Source: a virus (lineage: Duplodnaviria > Caudoviricetes). From it: 64,000 bases of DNA. This document shows, piece after piece, positions 10,448 through 19,959 of this stretch. The position numbers and the translations under genes are program-made. The notes beneath the pieces are model-generated. The model worked only from the letters and a program-made list of their open reading frames with translations. It ran no database searches and was not told the origin of the DNA. The stretch lies in IMG/VR virus record IMGVR_UViG_3300042295_001683, positions 1 to 64,000 of that record; one strand, written 5' to 3'. Within the stretch, counting starts at the first letter, position 1. Each line of letters begins with the position of its first letter.

Positions 10448-10817
10448 CGCTTTTTTTTGTTTACCTAAACTTGATTACCTAATAAGTATAGTACGATTGT
10501 ACACAAATAAACCATTAATTTACAAATCCCAACCCGCAAAGCATAGATATTTCTCTATGCAACGAGAGAGATAAATTCTTGATGTGTCATTATTTTTTAG
10601 AATGGGATTTCGTCTGTGCTTCCTTCAAGTTCTTGATCGATGTGAGATTTAGCCTCTGCAAGCGCTATTTGCAGATCAGCGCTGTAGCTAACAAATTGTG
10701 TTCTGCTCAGGCAGTCAAGTACTCTGATAGCTTGCCCTTCATCAGTTTTATAGTTTTCAAGTCGGTGGCTTCTATAAAACTCAGTGGATAGTGCGACACC
10801 TCTAAGAATTGGATTAC

Positions 10818-11159
10818 TCATGATTTCACTCCGCACCATTTCATAGCTATTGCGCCAAGTCTGTTAATAAGCGCATTCCTCAATTCACCAGAGACAGTTG
10901 CTAAATTAGGATGTACATATCCAAAATTCCGATAGCACCATAAGTTTTTACTATTCCAGCAAAGATCAATAGAGAATCCATAGCCTCTACATTCACTAAT
11001 TGACATCTGGAAACCATACTCGTTTTCGCCATGAAACGAATAGTCACTAGGATCTAGCGACTCTAAATACTCAATCAAATCACTCATAATTTGATTTTGC
11101 TCATCTTGTGTAAGGAGTTTACACTTTTGCTCGTCCAGCAATAAAGATTCATGCTTCAT
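10818..11159 (-). CDS. Hypothetical protein
   Basis: 113-aa ORF with RBS-like upstream sequence. Confidence 0.5.
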   Translation of the reverse strand: MKHESLLLDEQKCKLLTQDEQNQIMSDLIEYLESLDPSDYSFHGENEYGFQMSISECRGYGFSIDLCWNSKNLWCYRNFGYVHPNLATVSGELRNALINRLGAIAMKWCGVKS

Positions 11160-11199
11160 GATTTCACCTGTAATTTTTTAATCTCGCGCTCAATTTTCC

Positions 11200-11514
11200 T
11201 CAACTCTTGCCCTGCTCTAATTTCCGTTCAACCTTTGCAACGACTTGCCTGATGTTCTCAGGATCGCGCCCTAGCTTTTCGGCTGTTGCGATGACCTTGC
11301 GATCGCACTCGATCCAAGTTGTGTATATCTCCCATTGCAAGGGAGTAATCCCAAAATACTTAAGCACAATTGCTTGTATTGACTGCGATGCGTTGTCACC
11401 AAGGGCGGCGATCGCATCTCCTAAGATTGGGCTAAAACAGTAGGAATATGTTTTAGCCTTTATTTCGGGCGGTTTCTTAGGTCTACCGCCGCCGTGGTTG
11501 CCTCCTCTAGGCAT
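11200..11514 (-). CDS. Small DNA-binding regulator (GRPKK arm plus C-terminal HTH)
   Basis: MPRGGNHGGGRPKKP; ATAEKLGRDPENIRQVV. Confidence 0.65.
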   Translation of the reverse strand: MPRGGNHGGGRPKKPPEIKAKTYSYCFSPILGDAIAALGDNASQSIQAIVLKYFGITPLQWEIYTTWIECDRKVIATAEKLGRDPENIRQVVAKVERKLEQGKS

Positions 11515-11806
11515 TTATTAGCTCCATAGCTCTTTTTGTCGCTCCACAATGCCCAAACTCATTAATTGACTCTTGAAGAATCAATTTAAAAGCATCAATA
11601 GACATCTCGAAAGTATGAGATTCTTCAATATCAATGACCTCATCTAGCCCACACGCTTCGATGCTGTCTGAATCAAGAAAGAACCCATCATGCGTATGCT
11701 CGTAACTTACAGAGCATACGCCGTTAGCATACTGGTAAGCCTCAAAGGTATAAGTCCCCTTTGCGTTATATTCTTGCGCTGTAACCGTTAAAACTGTGAC
11801 TTGCAT
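11507..11806 (-). CDS. Small acidic hypothetical protein (anti-defence candidate)
   Basis: 99 aa, acidic; first gene after a strong promoter and coupled to a regulator. Confidence 0.6.
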   Translation of the reverse strand: MQVTVLTVTAQEYNAKGTYTFEAYQYANGVCSVSYEHTHDGFFLDSDSIEACGLDEVIDIEESHTFEMSIDAFKLILQESINEFGHCGATKRAMELINA

Positions 11807-11844
11807 TGCCTTGATTTCCTTTGCTTTGTTTAACTCAATAACCT

Positions 11845-11873
11845 ATTATTGATCGACCTATAGGTTTTGTCAA
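11845..11873 (-). promoter_or_regulatory. Sigma70-type promoter with palindromic operator
   Basis: TTGACA-17-AATAAT; palindrome ACCTATAGGT at 11856-11865 in the spacer. Confidence 0.7.
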
Positions 11874-11902
11874 CAGCAAAACCAAACTATTTTTATAGAC
11901 AC

Positions 11903-11930
11903 AAAAAAAGCCGTCGCGAGTGCGTCGGCT
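11903..11930 (-). terminator. Intrinsic terminator after cas6
   Basis: AGCCGACGCACTCGCGACGGCT followed by a T-run on the minus strand. Confidence 0.65.
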
Positions 11931-11988
11931 GGGGATGCGAAGTGGTCACTCTATTTTAAGCGATCGCTCCGCCGAGTGATTTTGTTAT

Positions 11989-12576
11989 TTATTCAAAAAA
12001 TCCGCATCCTAGATGTTTGCGACCTCCCAACCCTTTCTCTTGTAATATTAAAGACTCGTTAGGGCGCAAATCTGAAAACATTACAGGGTATACAGCACAC
12101 GGTTGCTTTTTAATAATTAGCTGCTCCTTGCGCCCTATTGTTGGCAGTGTATTAATATCAAACTTTGTTAGTTGCTTGCCTAGCGACACCGCAAACCTAG
12201 TAAGATCGGGTTCACGATTGTTGTCGGTTTTAATTGATACCCAAGCCGCTAGATTCTCTTGAGATTTTAGCTCTGTGCCATTAACCAGCTTGAGTTTAAT
12301 CAACTCTTTGCCTAAATGGATTTGACAATCAAAAAGCATCGTTAGCTCTGTAATTAAATCTTTGGAGCAACGTAGCTTTATAGTGCTTTGAGTTAAACGT
12401 AATGTGCGATCGTCAAAAATATTTGTGTTACTGATTCTACTGATCGCCCACTCAGGGTTATCTTTGAGCTTAGGAGATAAGCTGGTCAGCGCTGAATATA
12501 AGCAATAGTGATAATTCCGTGGGATTAACACCCCTTCAATACTGAATAAAAATTCTATAAAATTGCAGTTAGGCAT
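11989..12576 (-). CDS. cas6: CRISPR-associated endoribonuclease Cas6 (Myxan/Cmx6-like)
   Basis: N-terminal F-x-I-x-G-x-x-IP-x-x-Y-x-Y-x-LYSAL; C-terminal SLILQEKGLGGRKHLGCGFF G-loop. Confidence 0.88.
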   Translation of the reverse strand: MPNCNFIEFLFSIEGVLIPRNYHYCLYSALTSLSPKLKDNPEWAISRISNTNIFDDRTLRLTQSTIKLRCSKDLITELTMLFDCQIHLGKELIKLKLVNGTELKSQENLAAWVSIKTDNNREPDLTRFAVSLGKQLTKFDINTLPTIGRKEQLIIKKQPCAVYPVMFSDLRPNESLILQEKGLGGRKHLGCGFFE

Positions 12577-12928
12577 TGATAATCACCAATCTTTTTTCAC
12601 TATCTACAGGTTGATGCTTGTTTGCAATAGATAAAAGAAAAAGCCCGTCATTTCCAGCCCTTACCCTATGAGGTTGCGAACCGTCTATAAAGTAGCAAGT
12701 TCCTTTGATGATTGGTTGTGTTTCATCGCCGCAATCAATCCATCCAGACCCCTCTACTCCAAACAAAATATGATCACCCTCATGGGTATGAAGAGAAGTT
12801 TTTTCGTTAGGTGCGAAATTCAACATGTCAGCAGCAAAGCCGTCTTTTTTTACCAGTGGCAATCCGATAGCTTGACTGCCATACATCTGATACCAGTAAT
12901 CAGCATCTAAATAATTTTTAATTTGCAT
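12569..12928 (-). CDS. Cupin domain protein
   Basis: LHTHEGDHILFGVEGSG and IDGSQPHRV metal-binding cupin motifs. Confidence 0.85.
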   Translation of the reverse strand: MQIKNYLDADYWYQMYGSQAIGLPLVKKDGFAADMLNFAPNEKTSLHTHEGDHILFGVEGSGWIDCGDETQPIIKGTCYFIDGSQPHRVRAGNDGLFLLSIANKHQPVDSEKRLVIINA

Positions 12929-13586
12929 ACAATAATCCTTTTAGGTATTCAAAATATTCTGGCGAAATCTTGCGAAACTCTTCTAATCTTGTAGCTTGAT
13001 ATTGATTGTTAGTATTTTTGCTGACATGATCTGTAGTTCGTTTTGCGCCTAAATCATAGGCTTTTAGGTATGGTAATTCATGGGAAAGCGTATAAGCCCA
13101 AATATCGTTTTCACTCCAATTAAAAACAGGGCAAGCTCTGTAATCTCCTTTTTTGTATTGATAGATAGCGCCATTTTTTAGCAAGGTTGCTTTACGTTTT
13201 GCGCTTTCTTCTATCCGCAATCCAACAAAAGCGACAGGATAATCAATCCATAATTTTTGTGACTTAACTTTGTTAGGGACATGATCGCCTTGCATCAAAA
13301 TAGTTTGAATGTTTAGCCCAAATTTGTCCTGATATTTTGATTCTGTTTCAGCATAATTACTAATCATTTCTCTTTCATAATGTCCAAAAGAAATAGCCAA
13401 AATATTAGGACAAATCGACTGCACCAAATGAAGCATTACGACTGAATCCTTACCCCATGACACCGCAACATAAGAAGGAGCGATCGCTAAAGCCTCTCGA
13501 ATAATCTCTTTAGCTTTCTCAACTTTGCGCTTAAATGTTGGCAGTGTCGCATGAGCTAAGAATGCATCGCGTTCTATTCTCTCCAT
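12918..13586 (-). CDS. cysH: CysH/PAPS-reductase family protein (type IV-B accessory)
   Basis: PP-loop SWGKDS, FVGLRIEESAKR, PVFNWSENDIWAY. Confidence 0.9.
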   Translation of the reverse strand: MERIERDAFLAHATLPTFKRKVEKAKEIIREALAIAPSYVAVSWGKDSVVMLHLVQSICPNILAISFGHYEREMISNYAETESKYQDKFGLNIQTILMQGDHVPNKVKSQKLWIDYPVAFVGLRIEESAKRKATLLKNGAIYQYKKGDYRACPVFNWSENDIWAYTLSHELPYLKAYDLGAKRTTDHVSKNTNNQYQATRLEEFRKISPEYFEYLKGLLYAN

Positions 13587-14260
13587 ACATTATCCGTTGG
13601 CATATAGCATATAGTTCTATTGGATTGCAGAAAATACGGTGTTCGCCACCCCCAGTTCATCATATTGATAGATTGAGGTTGTGGAATCATATTAATTGGC
13701 ATTGGTCGGGCTAAACTTTCACCTCTCCACAAATGCCAATCATGTTCAAAAGGAAGTACTTCCCATTTGTGTACCTGCCCGCAACCTTGCGATCGCTTCT
13801 TACCAAGATGCGTAACATTTAGAATTAGTTCGCTAATCTTGTCAGCATTGCCAATCGCAAACCAGTGTATAGTCTGCATTTCGCGATCATATCGTGGTAA
13901 ATCATAGGCTTTAAAATGCCCTTGCGAACTATCAACCTTAGCTTTCTTTTTACCCCAATCAAGGTGTAGTTCTTGCTTGTCCCATCGCTTACGGTAACGC
14001 TGAGTTTGTTGATGATTTTCGATGTAATGTGGTGAACTCACGGCCCAATACCACTCGCCTTTAAGCGTCTTCCGAGCGATCGGCATTTCATCAAAAATCA
14101 AGGGCAGATTCTTTTCAGCATCCGCAGCCGTTGGATTAGGCGTGATTAACCCTAATTGGTCTAACAATTGATACTCAATCAGGGCATCAAAGCTAGGGGA
14201 CCAGTCATCATAGGCAACTAGCGGCGTTGCCATGTGTGCAATTATTTGGAGGTTATCCAT
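13574..14260 (-). CDS. csf3: Type IV CRISPR Cas5-family RAMP Csf3
   Basis: LQIIAHMATP...FDALI, WFAIGN, LGKKRSQGCGQVHKWEV, RPMP, RTPYF. Confidence 0.85.
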   Translation of the reverse strand: MDNLQIIAHMATPLVAYDDWSPSFDALIEYQLLDQLGLITPNPTAADAEKNLPLIFDEMPIARKTLKGEWYWAVSSPHYIENHQQTQRYRKRWDKQELHLDWGKKKAKVDSSQGHFKAYDLPRYDREMQTIHWFAIGNADKISELILNVTHLGKKRSQGCGQVHKWEVLPFEHDWHLWRGESLARPMPINMIPQPQSINMMNWGWRTPYFLQSNRTICYMPTDNVWRE

Positions 14261-15461
14261 TCAATAAACTCCTAATATCGCTTTTAGAATCAGCAAGAAA
14301 TCCTTTGTAATCTTCGAGATATTCTTTATACCTTGCATGAGATTCAGAGGCGCGATCGCTTAATTTCTGAGCATGAGGTGTAATCGTCATAAACTCACCG
14401 CGATCGCCCTCCGCAGTCTCAAACCAGAATTGCATAGAACATAGTCCGCAACCCGTTCCTGATTGACCGCCTAAGTATGGCGATTCAGCAAACTTGAGTA
14501 AAGCATCAGCAATAAATCCTTCTTCGATTCTGGTGACGTTTGCGCTCCAATAAGAGTACAAAGTAGCACCTGTTTGAAGTAGCCAATTACCCATGATCAT
14601 CTGTTGGCTTTTCTCTCTTTCGGGCTTTGCTTTGTCACCTTTCCCTTTCTTAGTTTCTTCAGAAACTATGCCAAATAGATCGCCTTGAGAAATCATCTTT
14701 TGAGGTTCTGGAGTAGCGCCGATCAAATGTTTTGCAAAGTTAGGATCGTGAAGTGAATCGCGCCTTGTCTTTTGGCTATAGGTAAGCCAATCGGAATAAT
14801 ATCGAAGCCTTTCTCCCAAGAACGGCATCCATTCAGCAAGCAATGCCTTTAGATCGTAATTATTAACATCCGAAGGAGAACCATGATGTAGCCATTGATT
14901 CACTCGTTGACTATGCTGTAAGTCTTTGCCATCGATAATCTGCTCTAGTGCTGGTATGACTTCGATTGGCAACGCAGGGGGGAACATCTGATAAAGATAC
15001 TTAGCGCTCTCTACACAAGCCAAATAAGCATCACCAACAGCGATCCGACCGTGCACCATTTGAGCATCGGATACACCAAACAATCCTTTAGGTTTGGCGG
15101 TTCCTAGTACTGAGAGGCATGGCAAAAGCTGACGGATTTTTCTATCCAAATCCAAATCATTACCCGTGCCACCATCAATCGCGCCGCCACAAAATAGAGC
15201 GTGATGCATCGTTGGCGATACTTGCACACCAATCTGAGATAAGAAAGAATCAATACCACACCGCCTTAAAATTCGATTGCGTAGTGAGTTGCCAGAAAGT
15301 GTGAAAACTTCAGAGGGATTGCCTTCTAAATCCGTCACCTTCATTGTTCGCAAGTTTGTTTGATTGCCTACGGACTCACTGATATGGGACAAAGGCTGTA
15401 GCAAAGTAATCTGCAAATGTAGTTTGATATTATGGCGATCGTGTGGGTTGTAATTAAGCAT
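14253..15461 (-). CDS. csf2: Type IV CRISPR Cas7-family backbone Csf2
   Basis: ITLLQPLSH, SGNSLRNRILRR, LFCGG, LSVLG, TRRD, G-loop LGGQSGTGCG. Confidence 0.88.
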   Translation of the reverse strand: MLNYNPHDRHNIKLHLQITLLQPLSHISESVGNQTNLRTMKVTDLEGNPSEVFTLSGNSLRNRILRRCGIDSFLSQIGVQVSPTMHHALFCGGAIDGGTGNDLDLDRKIRQLLPCLSVLGTAKPKGLFGVSDAQMVHGRIAVGDAYLACVESAKYLYQMFPPALPIEVIPALEQIIDGKDLQHSQRVNQWLHHGSPSDVNNYDLKALLAEWMPFLGERLRYYSDWLTYSQKTRRDSLHDPNFAKHLIGATPEPQKMISQGDLFGIVSEETKKGKGDKAKPEREKSQQMIMGNWLLQTGATLYSYWSANVTRIEEGFIADALLKFAESPYLGGQSGTGCGLCSMQFWFETAEGDRGEFMTITPHAQKLSDRASESHARYKEYLEDYKGFLADSKSDIRSLLNG

Positions 15462-15978
15462 TGATAGTAGCCTCTACATCTAGAGTATTTTCTGTTTCTT
15501 CTGGAATATTCAAAGCGCGATCGCTTTCAAAGCGAACACGACAATAAGTAGTAATAATGTGCGGTCTTGATTTGCACAAACCGAGGATATGGCGATCGCT
15601 TATCCCGTGAGGTTTAAGAGAGTTGAGAATATCTTGCCATCCGAGCCATTGCAAATGTTGATCGCTATCAATTTGCTGAATGTCTCCCATACTGCCATCA
15701 TCATTCACAGTAGCCCGTAAAACCACTTGTTTTGGCGCGATTATGCGAGTCCATTCTTTTGGGTTGAGGTGTGCAACAATAAGCTTCTTGGCTAAATTCT
15801 CAATGTAGTCGTCGATATTGCGAGAGGGAATAGCAGCATTTTGGATACTGCTTTGAAAATATTCCCATGTTTTTAAGCCCATGGCAGGGCTTTTGCCCTT
15901 GTCTCTACAGCGAAAAACCCAGTAACTAAGCGCACTGGCTAAAGCTGTAACCCTGTCTTCCGTTTCTATTCCATACAT
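15454..15978 (-). CDS. Putative Cas11-like small subunit
   Basis: Helical 174-aa ORF (WEYFQSSIQNAA...IDDYIENLAKKL) coupled immediately upstream of csf2, the position of cas11 in type IV-B. Confidence 0.55.
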   Translation of the reverse strand: MYGIETEDRVTALASALSYWVFRCRDKGKSPAMGLKTWEYFQSSIQNAAIPSRNIDDYIENLAKKLIVAHLNPKEWTRIIAPKQVVLRATVNDDGSMGDIQQIDSDQHLQWLGWQDILNSLKPHGISDRHILGLCKSRPHIITTYCRVRFESDRALNIPEETENTLDVEATINA

Positions 15979-16006
15979 AAATATTTCTCGTACATCTACG
16001 GTGTTT

Positions 16007-16348
16007 TTATTCTAGATCACAAACAGCATTCCAAGCCGCCAACTTAGCTTTACCGACAGACACACCACGCGCCCTAGCATGGTCAAAAGCTTTATTACGC
16101 AGTCTACTTAACTCACGCGCCCGCATCTCCTTTGGTGTCGCCTTACGCAGTTTAGGAATAGCGCGATAATTACCCTCAACGCATTCAATATGCAAGCGCC
16201 TGTTACCGTATGCGATCGCGCCTTGGTTAAGAAGTAAGCGCAATGCGCTCGTATTGATTTGCGTGCATATTTCGATATAGCGCAGAGAGTAAGAGCCGCG
16301 ATGGGTGGTAAAAAAGCCGATGAGCTTAGCTCGTTCAATTTCTTGCAT
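16007..16348 (-). CDS. Hypothetical basic protein
   Basis: 113-aa ORF; no Csf1 Cys motifs visible. Confidence 0.55.
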   Translation of the reverse strand: MQEIERAKLIGFFTTHRGSYSLRYIEICTQINTSALRLLLNQGAIAYGNRRLHIECVEGNYRAIPKLRKATPKEMRARELSRLRNKAFDHARARGVSVGKAKLAAWNAVCDLE

Positions 16349-16734
16349 TAATCATGCTCTCCATCATCATCAATAATCGCAACCTGTGGCGGTGCGATTG
16401 GTGTGGGGTTTATGGCTAGTAGGAGCTTACAGAGTGCGAGTGCTGGTGATAGCGCATCATACTCAATAGGGCTGGTCAAAGTTGTTGCTCGACAAGCTGA
16501 CCCTGTTCCATGCATAGCAGGAAGATAAATAAGGCGGTAGCATATCTTAAATGACTCAAACACCTTAACAATCGCATCCAAGCTCTCGACATAATTAGGG
16601 ATAAACTTACGTAGCTCTGGATGTGTTGCGTTAGTGCCGATGTACGTTTTCTTGGTTGCGCTGGTATTCCAGTTTTCGATCTCAGTCCATCCTGCGATCG
16701 CTGCAACTGCGCGGTTAATTTCTTCGTTAGTCAT
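16348..16734 (-). CDS. Phage protein, NinX/ABA-sandwich-like
   Basis: EINRAVAAIAGW...PNY...SPALALCKLLL. Confidence 0.55.
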   Translation of the reverse strand: MTNEEINRAVAAIAGWTEIENWNTSATKKTYIGTNATHPELRKFIPNYVESLDAIVKVFESFKICYRLIYLPAMHGTGSACRATTLTSPIEYDALSPALALCKLLLAINPTPIAPPQVAIIDDDGEHD

Positions 16735-16937
16735 TTTTAATATTGTATTTATTCAAAAGATCAATAAAATCACGAGAAGCATCAGCGCGTTTTTGCTGTA
16801 TAGTCGCCAGTTGATCTTCAGTGTAAAAGTTCCTATTCATCAATGCCGTATCGTATTGAATAATTTTTACTTCAAGATTTAGCATTAACGCCATATCTTC
16901 TCGAACGCGATCTAGAGCGTGATTATATCCAGTCGCC

Positions 16938-17687
16938 TTATACATTGTTTACCTCCAAATAATCTTCAACAAATTTCACCCGATCACCCAAATCCATGCA
17001 GTCTTTTGGCAACTCCTTATAAGGCAAATCCAAATAATAGAGCATCCCTAAAAGCTGAGTATGCAACTTGAATATTAACGGTTGATTAATCGCCGCTTTG
17101 TACTCACGCTCGACAAAAGGGATAGCGGGCGGGATTAATACAATCTTGCCAAAATACCGAGCCGTAACATTAAAGCAATCTTGCAAATACTCCATAACCT
17201 CAGACTGTGTATGCTTATCTAACTCACCATTGACAACATCAGTAAGCAAGTAAGCAGCCATATCCAACGGTGTGCGATCGCATATAAAGCTAGGCTCGTC
17301 AACTTCAAACCAGATATCTTCAGCTTTAGCCAAAATCTTTTGTTGCAAAAACAACCTAGTGCGGATATCCAATTTGTCGGACGGGTGGAAACCATGCTCC
17401 AAAAACACACTACTCGCATCAATAGGGATATATGGAATCCCTAGCTTTTGCGATAAGGCGTTTGCCAGTGTGGTTTTGCCCGTGCCATGTGCACCGCAAA
17501 GTCCTATTCCTATACAGGACTTTGCGGTGCGATAATCTGGATAAACAACCAATCTATCGTCTGGGATAAGCATTGCATAGCTAACCCTTCCACCAAACAT
17601 AGCTTTCGCTTCGTCTTCAGTGTCAAATCCGCCATAAGCAATGCAGTTTAGGCCTCGGTCCTCAAACATCGCGTACCATTTTTTCAT
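16938..17687 (-). CDS. AAA_28/NadR-like P-loop nucleotide kinase
   Basis: GLCGAHGTGKTTLA Walker A; ICDRTPLD. Confidence 0.8.
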   Translation of the reverse strand: MKKWYAMFEDRGLNCIAYGGFDTEDEAKAMFGGRVSYAMLIPDDRLVVYPDYRTAKSCIGIGLCGAHGTGKTTLANALSQKLGIPYIPIDASSVFLEHGFHPSDKLDIRTRLFLQQKILAKAEDIWFEVDEPSFICDRTPLDMAAYLLTDVVNGELDKHTQSEVMEYLQDCFNVTARYFGKIVLIPPAIPFVEREYKAAINQPLIFKLHTQLLGMLYYLDLPYKELPKDCMDLGDRVKFVEDYLEVNNV

Positions 17688-17904
17688 TGTCTTCACCACC
17701 AATATCAATTACTTCCTTGTCCAAGCACTGCATTATCAGTGCTAACTCGCCTTTTAGATCTTCTAGTGTTGTGCCAACAGGTGTTACTTCTTCGTGGCCC
17801 CAACTGGTTAATTTGCCCTTACTATTTGGGTAAAACTCGCGGATAGCAAACAACTCATCGCCATTTTCAAGGGTTTGCTTTGAGATTCGATACGTCCAAC
17901 TCAT
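17662..17904 (-). CDS. Phage hypothetical protein
   Basis: MSWTYRI...FAIREFY...G-x-TLEDLK pattern. Confidence 0.6.
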   Translation of the reverse strand: MSWTYRISKQTLENGDELFAIREFYPNSKGKLTSWGHEEVTPVGTTLEDLKGELALIMQCLDKEVIDIGGEDNEKMVRDV

Positions 17905-17986
17905 TATTTAACCTCAGTTAAGTTCTGGCTATCCCAAAGAGCTTTTTGCGCTAGCCATGCTTGGATGTCTTCAATTTTGACGATCA

Positions 17987-18229
17987 TTATCCTTTACGCT
18001 CCTTATTCCTTAATCCAGCTTCTCTAAGCGTGCTTAGAACTACTGCCGCAGTCCAAACGCATGTAAACACTGCAATAAATAGCAATCCCTTACCTAATGG
18101 CTGCCATACGAACCAGAAAAAACCCGCGATCGGTATCAGAAAAACAAAAGTTAAAGCGAAACAACCGCCAAAAGTTGATGCTGTTGCTTGTAGTTCTTCC
18201 TTACTGTCAGACTCAAATAATCTAGCCAT
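17987..18229 (-). CDS. Small membrane protein
   Basis: Two hydrophobic segments, basic C-terminus. Confidence 0.55.
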   Translation of the reverse strand: MARLFESDSKEELQATASTFGGCFALTFVFLIPIAGFFWFVWQPLGKGLLFIAVFTCVWTAAVVLSTLREAGLRNKERKG

Positions 18230-18759
18230 TATCCTTTACTCTCCTGTGTGTCTAAATCACCGTTGTATCTTCCAGTCTCTGAGTAATCATGCCTTGGGTA
18301 AGCCGTCTCAGCAAAAACAATTTGACCGATTCGCATCATTGGATAAATAGGTTGCCAAGCCCAAAGACGATGATTTAGTAATTCTAAAGTCAGCTTTGAA
18401 TTATTAAAACCACCATCAATCCATACTGCCAAAACGTGCCCCCATCCTGATCGCCCTCTACTTGACTTAAGTCTAAACTCTGCTGAGTAATTACTCGGCA
18501 TATTGAAAGTCTCGTAGGTACAAGTCAGAATAAAACTTAGTGGCGATACCAAAAACGGGTTTGATTCTGAGTATTTGGTTAAGTCATGAGTAGTAAACTC
18601 TTGACCTGTTAGACATCGTTTAAGCCAGTTATTCTCAGTTTTCAGTGTGTAGCCTATCCGCACATCGAGTGATTGTGGGTTAAGCATTGCTTTGTCAAAT
18701 GGCACGATAACGCCTTTTTCTTCGCAAAGCTTTTCGATTTCGTGGTCAACTAGCGTCAT
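18229..18759 (-). CDS. dcd: dCTP deaminase
   Basis: NPQSLDVRIG, LKSSRGRSG, WIDGGF, LTLEL, MRIGQIVF, GRYNG. Confidence 0.92.
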   Translation of the reverse strand: MTLVDHEIEKLCEEKGVIVPFDKAMLNPQSLDVRIGYTLKTENNWLKRCLTGQEFTTHDLTKYSESNPFLVSPLSFILTCTYETFNMPSNYSAEFRLKSSRGRSGWGHVLAVWIDGGFNNSKLTLELLNHRLWAWQPIYPMMRIGQIVFAETAYPRHDYSETGRYNGDLDTQESKG

Positions 18760-19363
18760 TCGTAACTCTCGCTTTCCAAAATAGTAATCAATCCAGTGTC
18801 AATCATTTTCATCATCAAAGGATTTGTTTGCACTAAATCCCAGTTATACCAAGTAGGCTTTTGATTAGCCAAAAAAGATTCTAAAAGCTTCCAGTTCTTT
18901 CCTGCTAATTTGCGAATCCATCGAAAGTTAGTTAAAAATCTATACATTGTTTTACCCTGTAAATTTACTCAAATAACCTCAAAATCCTAGAACTAGCACC
19001 CATCTTCTGAGCTTTTGCGCGAGAAGCTTCTACCCTATACCGATCTTCCATCTGCTGTGATGAAATGGCGATCGGGATACGCTGTTTTTCTGGCTGTTTT
19101 TCTGTGTCACTCATGATTATTTTTACTTATAAATTCTTGAACAAGTGCCAATCGATCTTCATTGTTTAACAATGGGTTAGCGGCGATCGCCATTTCTATG
19201 GCTCTTAATTCTTCAAAAGAATATTTGGTAGCGCTAAGCTCACATTCAAAACCCCTCAAAAGCTTTTGCCATTCAGGAATAATGACAATTTTGCTGACTT
19301 CTTCATTGGCTTTTTCTAGGTACAACCTATTGTTTATACTAACTTCAGTCTGACTTGTAGCCA

Positions 19364-19600
19364 TCAAAGCCTCCTAATCTTCTGTAAATCATCAGCATTG
19401 CAATTAAGCACATTGCAAAGCGCGTCAATTAGGTCAAATTCCAAGAACCTGTAACAACCCTGCTCTAACTTTTGGATTTTGCGTAGATTGCATCCCTGTA
19501 GCTCTGCAAAATTAGCTTTTAGCCAAGCATCGCACTGCTTAGCTAATTCTTTTTGTGTTAGCGATCGCGCTTTGCGTAAGCGCTTTAGGTTTAGCTGCAT
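19364..19600 (-). CDS. Cro/C1-type HTH regulator
   Basis: LKRLRKARSLTQKELA...IDALCNVLNC; likely start MQLNL at 19600. Confidence 0.8.
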   Translation of the reverse strand: MQLNLKRLRKARSLTQKELAKQCDAWLKANFAELQGCNLRKIQKLEQGCYRFLEFDLIDALCNVLNCNADDLQKIRRL

Positions 19601-19959
19601 GATTTTAGTTCTTGGTATTTGCGTTCTAATTCTGGTAGTTCGCATTCGAGATCCCCGTTGACGGTTAACTCGTACCATTTACCAGTAGATTTAGAATACT
19701 CATATGAATATTGATCCAACTCTTTATTCCACCAAATACTAGAGTTATCTTCATTACGGACATACGCCGCACCTTCAAACTCTATCAAGGTTGTAGTTCT
19801 TGTGGTTTCTCTAATTATTTCCACATTGTTACCTCATTAACTACTAATCACTATACTATCTACTACCCCCTAAAAGGATACTTTTTACTTATATAATTAG
19901 ATGAGAAGCAGTGACAATACTAATCATTTGTGTATTGACTATCCCTCAAAAGGGTAGTA

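Noticed and set aside
16007-16348. csf1/cas8 of the type IV operon
   Set aside because: Too short (113 aa) and lacks the paired Cys zinc-binding motifs expected in Csf1.
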